Shown here: positions 37,783-45,310 of the stretch, in pieces
Layout: each line of letters opens with the position of its first letter
How positions within the stretch are numbered: position 1 is the first letter of the stretch
Source of the DNA: Candidatus Staskawiczbacteria bacterium
GTDB lineage: Bacteria; Patescibacteriota; Minisyncoccia; Minisyncoccales; Staskawiczbacteraceae
DNA: 64,000 nt
Assembly (NCBI GenBank): GCA_023245155.1
Contig: JAHFKV010000001.1
Coordinates: forward strand, 395,034-459,033
Reading direction: 5' to 3'
Translations under genes and position numbers: made by a program
Notes under the pieces: model-generated
Databases searched by the model: none
Seen by the model: the letters and a program-made list of their open reading frames with translations, nothing else
What the model was told of the DNA's origin: nothing

Positions 37783-38406
37783 ATGGCAGTTGCGCAAGAC
37801 AATTGCACCGTGGCCAAGGGGCCTTCGCGCACTTGGTCAGTGCCGAACCTGCTAACGTACGGCAGGATTTTGGCAGTGCCGGCGGTGGTAGCCTGCTTCT
37901 ATCTGGAAGCACCGCTAAGCCACTGGGCCGGATGCATTGTGTTCACCGTAGCAAGTGTAACCGACTTCTTTGACGGTTACTTGGCCCGGGCCTGGCATCA
38001 AGAATCAAGGATCGGCCGGATGCTCGATCCAATCGCTGACAAAATGCTAGTTGGCGGGAGCCTGTTTATGCTCGCAGGAGCACAGGTTGTCGGCGGATGG
38101 TCATTGCTGGCGGGCGTGATCATTTTAGGCCGGGAATTCGCCGTCTCAGGCTTACGGGAATTTCTTACCGGTTTGCAGGCAGACGGTAGTGTTAAGGTAA
38201 CATGGTTGGCAAAATGCAAAACCGTAGTGCAGATGACTGCCATTGCGGTTTTGCTGCTGTCACAAGTGGCCGATCAATGGTTTCCGTGGTTGGTGGCTGG
38301 GCAAGGGGTGGCCAGCTTCATCGGCTTATCCTTGCTGTGGCTTTCGGCCATAGTTACCCTCATAACGGGGTACGGTTATTTCCGCGAAGGTTTGCGCCAC
38401 ACATAA
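37783..38406 (+). CDS. pgsA: CDP-diacylglycerol--glycerol-3-phosphate 3-phosphatidyltransferase (CDP-alcohol phosphatidyltransferase family), GC-rich
   Basis: DFFDGYLARAWHQESRIGRMLDPIADK matches D(x2)DG(x2)AR...G(x3)D(x3)D. Confidence 0.75.
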   Translation: MAVAQDNCTVAKGPSRTWSVPNLLTYGRILAVPAVVACFYLEAPLSHWAGCIVFTVASVTDFFDGYLARAWHQESRIGRMLDPIADKMLVGGSLFMLAGAQVVGGWSLLAGVIILGREFAVSGLREFLTGLQADGSVKVTWLAKCKTVVQMTAIAVLLLSQVADQWFPWLVAGQGVASFIGLSLLWLSAIVTLITGYGYFREGLRHT

Positions 38407-38410
38407 TCAT

Positions 38411-38455
38411 AACTCGCTGGGTTGGGCACCAAGTCCCACCAGCGAGTTTTTTTTG
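38411..38455 (+). terminator. intrinsic terminator after pgsA
   Basis: ACTCGCTGG/CCAGCGAGT stem with a T8 run. Confidence 0.7.
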
Positions 38456-38457
38456 TC

Positions 38458-38598
38458 TTGACAGTGAGTTAAATATAGATTAATATAACAGTGTATAGAA
38501 ATAAGCCGCAGACTACAGGTAGCCAAGGCGTAAATCCTGTAAGAGGCAAGCAATTTTTGTTTGTTTGAGTCTGCCCGGTCGGGCATTTTTATTTAACA
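38458..38598 (+). promoter_or_regulatory. promoter plus structured RNA plus short terminator: candidate L10(L12)-responsive attenuator upstream of rplJ
   Basis: TTGACA (38458-38463)-17-TAATAT (38481-38486), then about 70 nt containing ACAGG...CCTGT, then GCCC ggtc GGGC ATTTTTATTT (38573-38595). Confidence 0.35.
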
Positions 38599-38600
38599 AC

Positions 38601-38695
38601 GAAGTAATGTGTCGCAACAGAAATAAGGCCTCAAAGTAACGGTATAGTTTAGCCTTATTTCTGAAGTGAATTTCTCGCTTCGCTCCAAATTCATG
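38601..38695 (+). promoter_or_regulatory. conserved two-hairpin 5' leader, copy 3 of 5 (upstream of rplJ)
   Basis: GAAGTAATGTGTCGCAA box. Hairpin 1 is CAGAAATAAGGC (38618-38629) / GCCTTATTTCTG (38652-38663), followed by AA. Then GTGAATTT...AAATTCAT. The element ends at ATG 38693. Confidence 0.8.
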
Positions 38696-39190
38696 GCATT
38701 AACTAAAGAGAAAAAACAAAAGAATTTAACGGATATCAAGGCCAATATTGCCAAGCAAAAGTCAGTTATTTTTGCAGACTTTTCAAAGGTGAATTCGGCG
38801 GATTTGTTCAAGTTGCGCAAAGAATTGAAAGAACAGGGCTGCAATTTGAAAGTGGGCAAAAAAACCTTGATCAGAATCGCTTTCGGACAGTCGGGAATTT
38901 CTTTCTGGAGTAAAATGAAAAAAGCCGTTCCGGGTCAGCTCGCGCTGGTGTTTGGCATGGAAGACGAAGTGGCTCCGGCCAGAATTGCCCAAAAATTTGC
39001 TAAAACAAATGAAAATTTCAAGATCCTAGGTGGAATTTTCGAAGGCAGATTCATTGATCGGGAAAGGGCTTTGGTGTTAGCCGCTTTGCCAACCAAAAAC
39101 GAATTATTGGCAAAACTGGTTGGATCGTTGGCAAATCCTATATCTGGGTTTGTGAGAGTTTTAGATAAAATTAGTAATATTCAAAAATAA
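38693..39190 (+). CDS. rplJ: 50S ribosomal protein L10
   Basis: [19 protein letters not shown]...[19 protein letters not shown], followed by rplL. Confidence 0.85.
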   Translation: MALTKEKKQKNLTDIKANIAKQKSVIFADFSKVNSADLFKLRKELKEQGCNLKVGKKTLIRIAFGQSGISFWSKMKKAVPGQLALVFGMEDEVAPARIAQKFAKTNENFKILGGIFEGRFIDRERALVLAALPTKNELLAKLVGSLANPISGFVRVLDKISNIQK

Positions 39191-39194
39191 TATT

Positions 39195-39617
39195 ATGGCA
39201 GAAGAAACAAAAACGGATACACCTGCAAAGATTGAAGTCCCAGCCAAGTTTGAAAAACTGGTTGCGGAAATTGAAAAAATGCCAGTGGTGGAATTGGCAG
39301 AATTGGTGAAAGTATTAGAAGGTAAATTTGGTGTTTCAGCCGCCGCTCCCGTGATGATGGCCGGCCCGGCTGCAGGCGCCGCCGCTGAAGAAGTTAAAAC
39401 TTCATTTAATATTGAATTGAAGGAAGTGGGAGCTTCAAAAATTGAGGTGATTAAAGTGGTGCGAGACATTACCGCCAAAGGCTTGAAAGAATCCAAGGAT
39501 TTGGTAGACGCCGCCGCCGCCGCTCCCCAATTAATTAAAGAAGGAGTAAAGAAAGAAGAAGCTGACGAAATCGCAAAGAAATTTACAGCTGCAGGAGCCA
39601 AAGTGGAAATAAAATAA
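39195..39617 (+). CDS. rplL: 50S ribosomal protein L7/L12
   Basis: Ala-rich hinge and a C-terminal domain [24 protein letters not shown]...AGAKVEIK. Confidence 0.9.
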   Translation: MAEETKTDTPAKIEVPAKFEKLVAEIEKMPVVELAELVKVLEGKFGVSAAAPVMMAGPAAGAAAEEVKTSFNIELKEVGASKIEVIKVVRDITAKGLKESKDLVDAAAAAPQLIKEGVKKEEADEIAKKFTAAGAKVEIK

Positions 39618-39632
39618 CTTTCCCTACAACAG

Positions 39633-39658
39633 AAAACCGTTTGCAAAAGCGGTTTTTT
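39633..39658 (+). terminator. intrinsic terminator after rplL
   Basis: AAAACCG...CGGTTTT followed by TTG. Confidence 0.6.
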
Positions 39659-39731
39659 GTTGCAGTTGACATTGTGTTTTTAAGTAGTATTATCAATAAC
39701 ATGGGTTGAGGTCAGTTCTTCGGAGATTGCT

Positions 39732-39842
39732 ATGGTCAGACGCCTGGGTCAGTTCTTTGACAATTGGACCATGGAAATCTGGTTTATCACTGCCTTTGCC
39801 ATTGGGGTAGCTCCGGTGATTAAACAGATTTTTTGGTCCTGA
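39732..39842 (+). CDS. 36-aa hydrophobic peptide in a self-contained GC-rich mini transcription unit
   Basis: Not in the track (under 60 aa): MVRRLGQFFDNWTMEIWFITAFAIGVAPVIKQIFWS. GGAG sits 6 nt before the ATG. Promoter TTGACA (39666)-16-TATTAT (39688). Terminator AGCTTCGC/GCGAAGCT at 39883-39914. Confidence 0.3.
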   Translation: MVRRLGQFFDNWTMEIWFITAFAIGVAPVIKQIFWS

Positions 39843-39936
39843 GACGGAGTTGGCAAAAGCCAAGGTGGCGCCACCGTACTTGAGCTTCGCGTGCCCGTTA
39901 TGCGAAGCTTTTTGATTGCTTGTTTTCTATAAAAAA

Positions 39937-39954
39937 TGGTAAAATAATGATATG
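39937..39954 (+). promoter_or_regulatory. extended -10 TGgTAAAAT placed 6 nt before the ATG (leaderless candidate)
   Basis: TG 39937-39938, TAAAAT 39940-39945, aatgat, ATG at 39952. Confidence 0.4.
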
Positions 39955-40284
39955 TTGCCCAGGTATAAAAAACTGCATTGGACTGAACACTGCAAGCTAA
40001 AAATGCGCCAGTATGGGCTTTCGGCAGGAAAAATATTACAAGTCTTGCGCAAGCCTGAGCGCAAAGAAAAGGGGATTGCGCCAGGTTGCACAGCATTGAT
40101 GCAAACCAGAAAGTCGTTTTCTCGAGTTAAAAATCCTCCCGGAGAAATATGGCTCATGTATAAAGATGTAAAAGAGGCGCGGAGAATCATCAGTGCCTGG
40201 CGTTACCCGGGGATTTCAAGACCCGGGGAGAGTATTCCTATTCCCGCAGAAATTAAAGAAGAATTGCGTCATGGAAATTTCTAA
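39952..40284 (+). CDS. hypothetical small basic protein (weak DUF4258-like resemblance)
   Basis: 110 aa. WTEHCKLKMRQYGLSAGKILQVL loosely recalls the HA..RM..RGI pattern of DUF4258. Low certainty. Confidence 0.4.
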   Translation: MLPRYKKLHWTEHCKLKMRQYGLSAGKILQVLRKPERKEKGIAPGCTALMQTRKSFSRVKNPPGEIWLMYKDVKEARRIISAWRYPGISRPGESIPIPAEIKEELRHGNF

Positions 40285-40660
40285 AAAACATAACATTGTC
40301 CTTGCTTGGTTCTATTGGCACTTTGTGGAAGCGCCGGAATTCTTGCTGCAAGTATGGAAAAATTATTTGATGTTTGCGTTAGACTATTTTTCCATCCCGC
40401 TTTTGCTGGCGACGTTACTGGCTCCCTGGCGCCACTACCGATGGAATTATCCCAAGGGGTTTGATGTGGGCGGGTATGCAAGTACCTTTATTTCCAATAC
40501 CTTTTCGCGTTGCATGGGGGTTTTGTGCCGTCTCATATTAATTGTTTTGGGAATTATTGCTGAAGCACTAACGCTGGTGATTGGCCTGGCATTGATAGTG
40601 TTTTGGATATTTTTACCCCTGATTATCATCATGTTGGTTATTTTTTTCTTCCATGGTTAA
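40271..40660 (+). CDS. hypothetical membrane protein
   Basis: The internal Met (MEISKKHNIV...) is preferred over 40193. Two or three TM helices. Overlaps both neighbours. Confidence 0.45.
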   Translation: MEISKKHNIVLAWFYWHFVEAPEFLLQVWKNYLMFALDYFSIPLLLATLLAPWRHYRWNYPKGFDVGGYASTFISNTFSRCMGVLCRLILIVLGIIAEALTLVIGLALIVFWIFLPLIIIMLVIFFFHG

Positions 40661-43166
40661 CTTTGAAACCCGCACAACGCAAGTTTCAAGATCGTTGAAA
40701 TTGTGGTCATTCCCGCTGATAACCTATGCAGGCGTGTTGGCTTGGATATTTTTCTTTGGCTCCATTGCTTCGGTATTCTTTTTGGTAAAAATTCCCTTCG
40801 TGTTTTTTGCGCTATGGCTCATCTTTTTGGAAATAAGTTTGTTTGCTCATTCTTACTTAAAAAGGCCAAAAGTTTTATTAAAGCTTTCCGATGCTCTGCT
40901 CAACCCGGATCAGTATAACTTGGCCGAATTTTTAACCTTGGACGCTTGTGCCTTAGTGGAACGGGCCATCCGTGAATGCAAAACCCGCCGGCTTTCACAG
41001 GTTCCTTCAGAAGCTATTTTATATGCTGGCACTGCCCAAAACAAAGATATCCAAATGTTGCTGGGGCGGCTGGGTTTGGACGTAAAAAAGCTCAAGCAGG
41101 ATGTTAAAAACTTTTTAGAAAAACAAGAGCGCCAGCAGAAATTTAAATTATTGCTGGCTGATTCTTTCCAGAAAACTATTCTTGAGGCTGCGACAGTTGC
41201 CAATGAGCGGGGTGGTAATATCATTTCAGAAAAAGAATTATTGGTGGCCTTAGCCAAAGAAGATGATTTTTTAAAAAACCTCATGGTTGAGGCCGAATTG
41301 AAAGAAAAAGATGTGGAAGGTATCACGTTTTGGCTAGATACATTAGAACAAAACATTGCTAAAAGCCGGCAGTTTTGGGCCAAAGAAAGTTTGTTGCGGT
41401 TCGGGTCATTGGGTAAAGATTGGGTTTCTGGCTTTACCATTACCTTGGACCAATTTTCCGTTGACTGGACCACTATTGCCAAGCGCGCCATGTTCAGTGA
41501 AGTGATTGGCCATGAAAAAGAAATTCAAGCCGTGGAAACGGCACTAGCCAAATCTTCCCACAAGAACGCCTTAATTGTTGGGGCGGTGGGCTCGGGCCGC
41601 AAAAGCATTGTGCAGGCTGTGGCAGCTCGGGCTTCTTTGGAGGAAAGCCTTTCGGAAATAAACAGCAAGCGTTTAGTGGAATTGGATCTAGTTTCACTGC
41701 TGGCGAAGATTCAAGATTCAGAACAGGTGGAATCGCTGTTAGACCAAATTTTCCGCGAAGTCATTTCAGCTGGCAATGTTATTTTGATTATTGATGACTT
41801 GGAAAACTTTACAGGGAACGCTTCGCCCAGACCGGGTACCATTGATATTTCCGGGATTTTGGCAAAATATGTGTCGCTACCGGATTTCCAGTTTATTGGC
41901 ATTACTTCCTTTGACGGGCTGCATCAGAAGTTAGAAAACAACCCCTCGTTTTTGGAATATTTTTCTAAGGTTGAAGTGGGTGAAGTTTCAGAATTTGACA
42001 CACTGCGTATTTTGCAGAACATGGCTATTGGCTTGGAATATAAATACAAATTATTGATTTTGTACCCGGCTATCCGGGAAATTGTAAACTTAACCGCCCG
42101 TTATTTCCCTAGTGAGCCTTTCCCCAAAAAAGCCATCGATGTATTAGAAGAAGCGGTTTCTTATGTAAAATCATTGAAAGAAAAAAGGGTGGAACCGCGT
42201 CACGTCGCCAAGATTATTTCAGATAAGACACAGATTCCGGTGGGTAAAATGGAATTTAAGGAAAAATCCGTACTACTCAATTTAGAAAAACTCATCCATG
42301 AGAGAATTGTCAACCAGGCTGAAGCCGTTACTGAAATCTCCATTGCTATGCGCAGGGCTCGGAGCGGTATTTCCAATAAAAAGCGGCCCATGGGAAGCTT
42401 CTTGTTTTTGGGTCCAACGGGCGTGGGTAAAACTGAAACGGCCAAAGCCTTAGCTCAAATTTATTTTAACGGCGAAGATAAGATGATTCGGCTGGATATG
42501 TCCGAATTTCAGGCGATTGCCGATATTCCAAGGCTCTTAGGCGCGGTTTCACCGGTGGAAGAGCAAGGACTTTTAACTACGCCGGTGCGGGAAAATCCGT
42601 TTTCGTTGGTATTGCTCGATGAAATAGAAAAAGCGCATCCTAACATTTTGAATTTGTTTTTACAGGTACTAGACGAAGGTCACATTACGGACGGTCAGGG
42701 CAGAAAAATTATGTTTACCAACACGATTATTATTTGCACCAGTAACGCCGGCGCCGCCAACATTTTTGATGCGGTGGAAAAAGGCGTGGCGGTAGATAAA
42801 AAGGCATTGCTGGATAGCTTATTTGAAAAGGGAATGTTTAAGCCGGAATTTATTAACCGTTTTGACGCGACGGTTATTTTTCATCCACTCACTAAAGAAA
42901 ATTTAATGGATATCGCCCAGCTCACTTTGGCGGGTCTGGCTAAAAACTTAAAAGAGAAAGATATAGAGTTTATGATTACCGAGCCATTGAAAGTTAAAAT
43001 TGTGGAATTGTCTTATAAACCCGAGTTTGGCGCGCGCGAAATGCGCCGTGTGGTGCAAGATAAAGTGGAAAATAATATCGCCGAGGCGCTGTTGAGTGAC
43101 AAAATTGTAAGAGGTGACAAGTTTGAAATTAACTCAGAGAATTTTGAGGTGGTAAAATTGGGGTAG
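40653..43166 (+). CDS. membrane-anchored Clp/Hsp100-type double-AAA+ ATPase (ClpB/ClpC-like)
   Basis: N-terminal TM helices. D1 has VGAVGSGRKSIV and ILIIDDLE. D2 has the canonical GPTGVGKTETAKALA and VLLDEIEKAH, plus a C-terminal ClpB_D2-small region. Confidence 0.75.
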   Translation: MVNFETRTTQVSRSLKLWSFPLITYAGVLAWIFFFGSIASVFFLVKIPFVFFALWLIFLEISLFAHSYLKRPKVLLKLSDALLNPDQYNLAEFLTLDACALVERAIRECKTRRLSQVPSEAILYAGTAQNKDIQMLLGRLGLDVKKLKQDVKNFLEKQERQQKFKLLLADSFQKTILEAATVANERGGNIISEKELLVALAKEDDFLKNLMVEAELKEKDVEGITFWLDTLEQNIAKSRQFWAKESLLRFGSLGKDWVSGFTITLDQFSVDWTTIAKRAMFSEVIGHEKEIQAVETALAKSSHKNALIVGAVGSGRKSIVQAVAARASLEESLSEINSKRLVELDLVSLLAKIQDSEQVESLLDQIFREVISAGNVILIIDDLENFTGNASPRPGTIDISGILAKYVSLPDFQFIGITSFDGLHQKLENNPSFLEYFSKVEVGEVSEFDTLRILQNMAIGLEYKYKLLILYPAIREIVNLTARYFPSEPFPKKAIDVLEEAVSYVKSLKEKRVEPRHVAKIISDKTQIPVGKMEFKEKSVLLNLEKLIHERIVNQAEAVTEISIAMRRARSGISNKKRPMGSFLFLGPTGVGKTETAKALAQIYFNGEDKMIRLDMSEFQAIADIPRLLGAVSPVEEQGLLTTPVRENPFSLVLLDEIEKAHPNILNLFLQVLDEGHITDGQGRKIMFTNTIIICTSNAGAANIFDAVEKGVAVDKKALLDSLFEKGMFKPEFINRFDATVIFHPLTKENLMDIAQLTLAGLAKNLKEKDIEFMITEPLKVKIVELSYKPEFGAREMRRVVQDKVENNIAEALLSDKIVRGDKFEINSENFEVVKLG

Positions 43167-43425
43167 GGGGCTTTGCTCACCAGTTCCCATCGTTCAGCCA
43201 CCGCTTATCCTTACTTGGGTGATACGTGTCTCTGCCCGCAATCGGCGAATTATTTTGGTACAAATTTTGTGGAGTTCAGGCTGAACTCAAGGAACTGGCT
43301 CACTTCGCTTAGCGCCGAAAACGGTGTTTTTTATTGCAAAAAATCTGAAACTTTAGAATCAAATGTGAATAGACTGTGGATAAATAAGTCATTTTAAGAA
43401 CAAATACACTTTTTGATTACAAGTG

Positions 43426-43455
43426 TTGACCCGAGTGCTTGAAATGGGCTATAAA
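43426..43455 (+). promoter_or_regulatory. mraZ operon promoter TTGACC-18-TATAAA
   Basis: Hexamers at 43426-43431 and 43450-43455. Confidence 0.5.
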
Positions 43456-43464
43456 TACTGTGTA

Positions 43465-43494
43465 GTGGATAAATGTGGATAAATGTGGGAAAAG
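43465..43494 (+). promoter_or_regulatory. three direct 10-bp repeats GTGGATAAAT / GTGGATAAAT / GTGGGAAAAG (candidate MraZ operator; also DnaA-box-like)
   Basis: Repeats start at 43465, 43475 and 43485, just downstream of the -10. A fourth GTGGATAAAT lies at 43376-43385. Confidence 0.55.
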
Positions 43495-43520
43495 TCATTA
43501 AATAAGGGGATAACTAATGC

Positions 43521-43623
43521 GAATAATGTGTCGCAATGAAAATCAGGTCTCAAAGAATATCTTTGATAAAAATTAAACCTGATTTTCAAAGTGAATTTAT
43601 TCGCTTCGCTCCATAAATTCATG
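43521..43623 (+). promoter_or_regulatory. conserved two-hairpin 5' leader, copy 4 of 5 (upstream of mraZ)
   Basis: GAATAATGTGTCGCAA box. Hairpin 1 is TGAAAATCAGGT (43537-43548) / ACCTGATTTTCA (43577-43588), followed by AA. Then GTGAATTT...AAATTCAT. The element ends at ATG 43621. Confidence 0.8.
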
Positions 43624-44052
43624 CTCATAGGCCAATACCAACATACTATTGATGCGAAAAAACGTTTGGCATTGCCAGTGAGATTCAGGGGCGAACTTGG
43701 CGCCAAAGTAATTATCACCAAGGGTATTGAAAATTGTTTGGTGGTGTACACGCAAAAGGAGTGGGAAATTATGTCTAGCAAATTAGCGAACTTACCGGTA
43801 TCGCAGGGAGAAGCTAGAAGTTTTACCAGACACATTTTATCGAGCGCCACCGAAGTGGAATTGGATAAGCTAGGCAGGATATTGGTGCCGGATTATTTAA
43901 AACAGTATGCAGGGTTTTCAAAAAATGTGGTGATTGCGGGACTTTCTAACAGACTTGAAATTTGGGATGAAGCCAAGTGGCAGCAGTACAGTCAAAACGC
44001 CGAAAAAGGAGTGGAAGAGATCGTTTCAAAATTAGGGCCAATGGGAATTTAA
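43621..44052 (+). CDS. mraZ: transcriptional regulator MraZ
   Basis: MLIGQYQHTIDAKKRLALP... and a second SpoVT/AbrB-like repeat (DKLGRILVP). Confidence 0.9.
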   Translation: MLIGQYQHTIDAKKRLALPVRFRGELGAKVIITKGIENCLVVYTQKEWEIMSSKLANLPVSQGEARSFTRHILSSATEVELDKLGRILVPDYLKQYAGFSKNVVIAGLSNRLEIWDEAKWQQYSQNAEKGVEEIVSKLGPMGI

Positions 44053-44053
44053 T

Positions 44054-44971
44054 ATGGATCACATTCCTGTTTTGCAACATGAAGTATTACAGCACCTTGA
44101 TCCCAAACCCGACGAAAACATTATTGATGGTACCGTGGGAAATGGAGGGCATGCCAGTTTGCTGTTAGAAAAAACCGCGCCATTCGGAAAATTACTAGCC
44201 ATTGATGCAGATAAGCAACAAATTACCAATGCCCGCCATGCTTTAGAAAAATATAATGAACGGATTGTTTTGGTGAATGGTTCATATGCAAATATTAAAG
44301 AAATTGCCGAACGGGTAAGATTCAAGCCCATTCATGGAATATTACTGGACTTGGGATATTCTTCCTGGCACGTTGATCAATCTGGCCGAGGATTCTCGTT
44401 TTCCAAAAATGAGCCACTGGATATGCGGTATGGCCTGGCAGGGCTTAGCCTGCAAGGGCAGGATGCAGGTAAGGTGGAATTAACGGCTGAAAGAATAGTT
44501 AATGAATATAAGGAAAAGGAATTGGCACATATTTTCGCAGAATATGGGGAAGAAAAATTTTCAAAGCAAATTGCCAGGGCTATTGTGGGGCATAGAAAGG
44601 TAAAAAAAATCAGCACCACGTTTGATTTAGTGAAGGTGATTGAAGAAGCTGTGGGGATGAAATACCGCGGGCAGAATATTCATTATGCGACACGTACGTT
44701 TCAAGCGTTGCGCATAGTGGTTAATGGTGAACTGGAAAATTTAGAAAAAGCGTTGCCAGAAGCCCTTGAAATTCTGGCTTCGGGGGGAAGAATGGCAATT
44801 ATTTCATTCCATTCATTGGAAGATAGAATTGTAAAACATTTTTTCCAACAAAAAGAAAAAGAGGGGGTGATAACAATACTAACTAATAAGCCGGTAACTG
44901 CGTCTGACCAAGAGGTTATAAGCAATCTACGAGCCAGATCCGCCAAGTTGAGGGCTATACAAAAGATATGA
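44054..44971 (+). CDS. rsmH: 16S rRNA (cytosine1402-N4)-methyltransferase
   Basis: HIPVLQHEVLQHL...DGTVGNGGHA...LLDLGYSSWH...FHSLEDRIVK. Confidence 0.9.
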   Translation: MDHIPVLQHEVLQHLDPKPDENIIDGTVGNGGHASLLLEKTAPFGKLLAIDADKQQITNARHALEKYNERIVLVNGSYANIKEIAERVRFKPIHGILLDLGYSSWHVDQSGRGFSFSKNEPLDMRYGLAGLSLQGQDAGKVELTAERIVNEYKEKELAHIFAEYGEEKFSKQIARAIVGHRKVKKISTTFDLVKVIEEAVGMKYRGQNIHYATRTFQALRIVVNGELENLEKALPEALEILASGGRMAIISFHSLEDRIVKHFFQQKEKEGVITILTNKPVTASDQEVISNLRARSAKLRAIQKI

Positions 44972-45303
44972 CAACGATAGCATTGCAACATAAATTAAAA
45001 TCTGCAACCCTGCCGGCGGTTAATTTACGAATGGTGTATTTAATTGGTATCCCGATGTTGTTTTTGATGCTAGTGTTTTACATTTATTCTATCAATGTGT
45101 TAACGGGCGGTTCGTATGTGATTAAGAATTACAATAAGCAGATTGCCGCCTTGCAAGATGAAAACGCAGCTCTCCAAACTCGGTTTGCCGCGTCAGACTT
45201 TATGGGTATGGTGCAAAGCAAAGCCGGCGGCCTGGGCTTTGAAAAAACCGCGCAAGTAACGTATATTGAAGTAATAGGAAACGCTTTAGCGCAAGCTAAG
45301 TAG
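44968..45303 (+). CDS. ftsL: cell division protein FtsL-like (single TM plus coiled coil)
   Basis: Position between rsmH and ftsI, with one TM helix followed by a heptad region. Confidence 0.55.
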   Translation: MTTIALQHKLKSATLPAVNLRMVYLIGIPMLFLMLVFYIYSINVLTGGSYVIKNYNKQIAALQDENAALQTRFAASDFMGMVQSKAGGLGFEKTAQVTYIEVIGNALAQAK

Positions 45304-45310
45304 GTGCTTC

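Noticed and set aside
39749-40096. 115-aa minus-strand ORF overlapping the 39952 gene and the small-peptide unit
   Set aside because: It overlaps a better-supported plus-strand gene and runs through a promoter and terminator. It has no start context. A different minus frame of 39720-39905 is open but lacks any start codon.
43173-43397. 74-aa ORF in the clp-mraZ intergenic region
   Set aside because: It has no SD or leaderless-type promoter, an atypical composition, and no family resemblance. It is likely a chance ORF in non-coding DNA.
43173-43620. Replication origin (oriC) in the 450-nt clp-mraZ intergenic region, because of several TGTGGATAA / TTATCCACA DnaA-box matches
   Set aside because: No dnaA/dnaN is nearby. 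Genes on both sides (about 24-61 kb) run in the same direction, so there is no strand switch. The boxes are phased at 10 bp right at the mraZ promoter, which fits an MraZ operator better. This is kept as an alternative inside the mraZ finding only.
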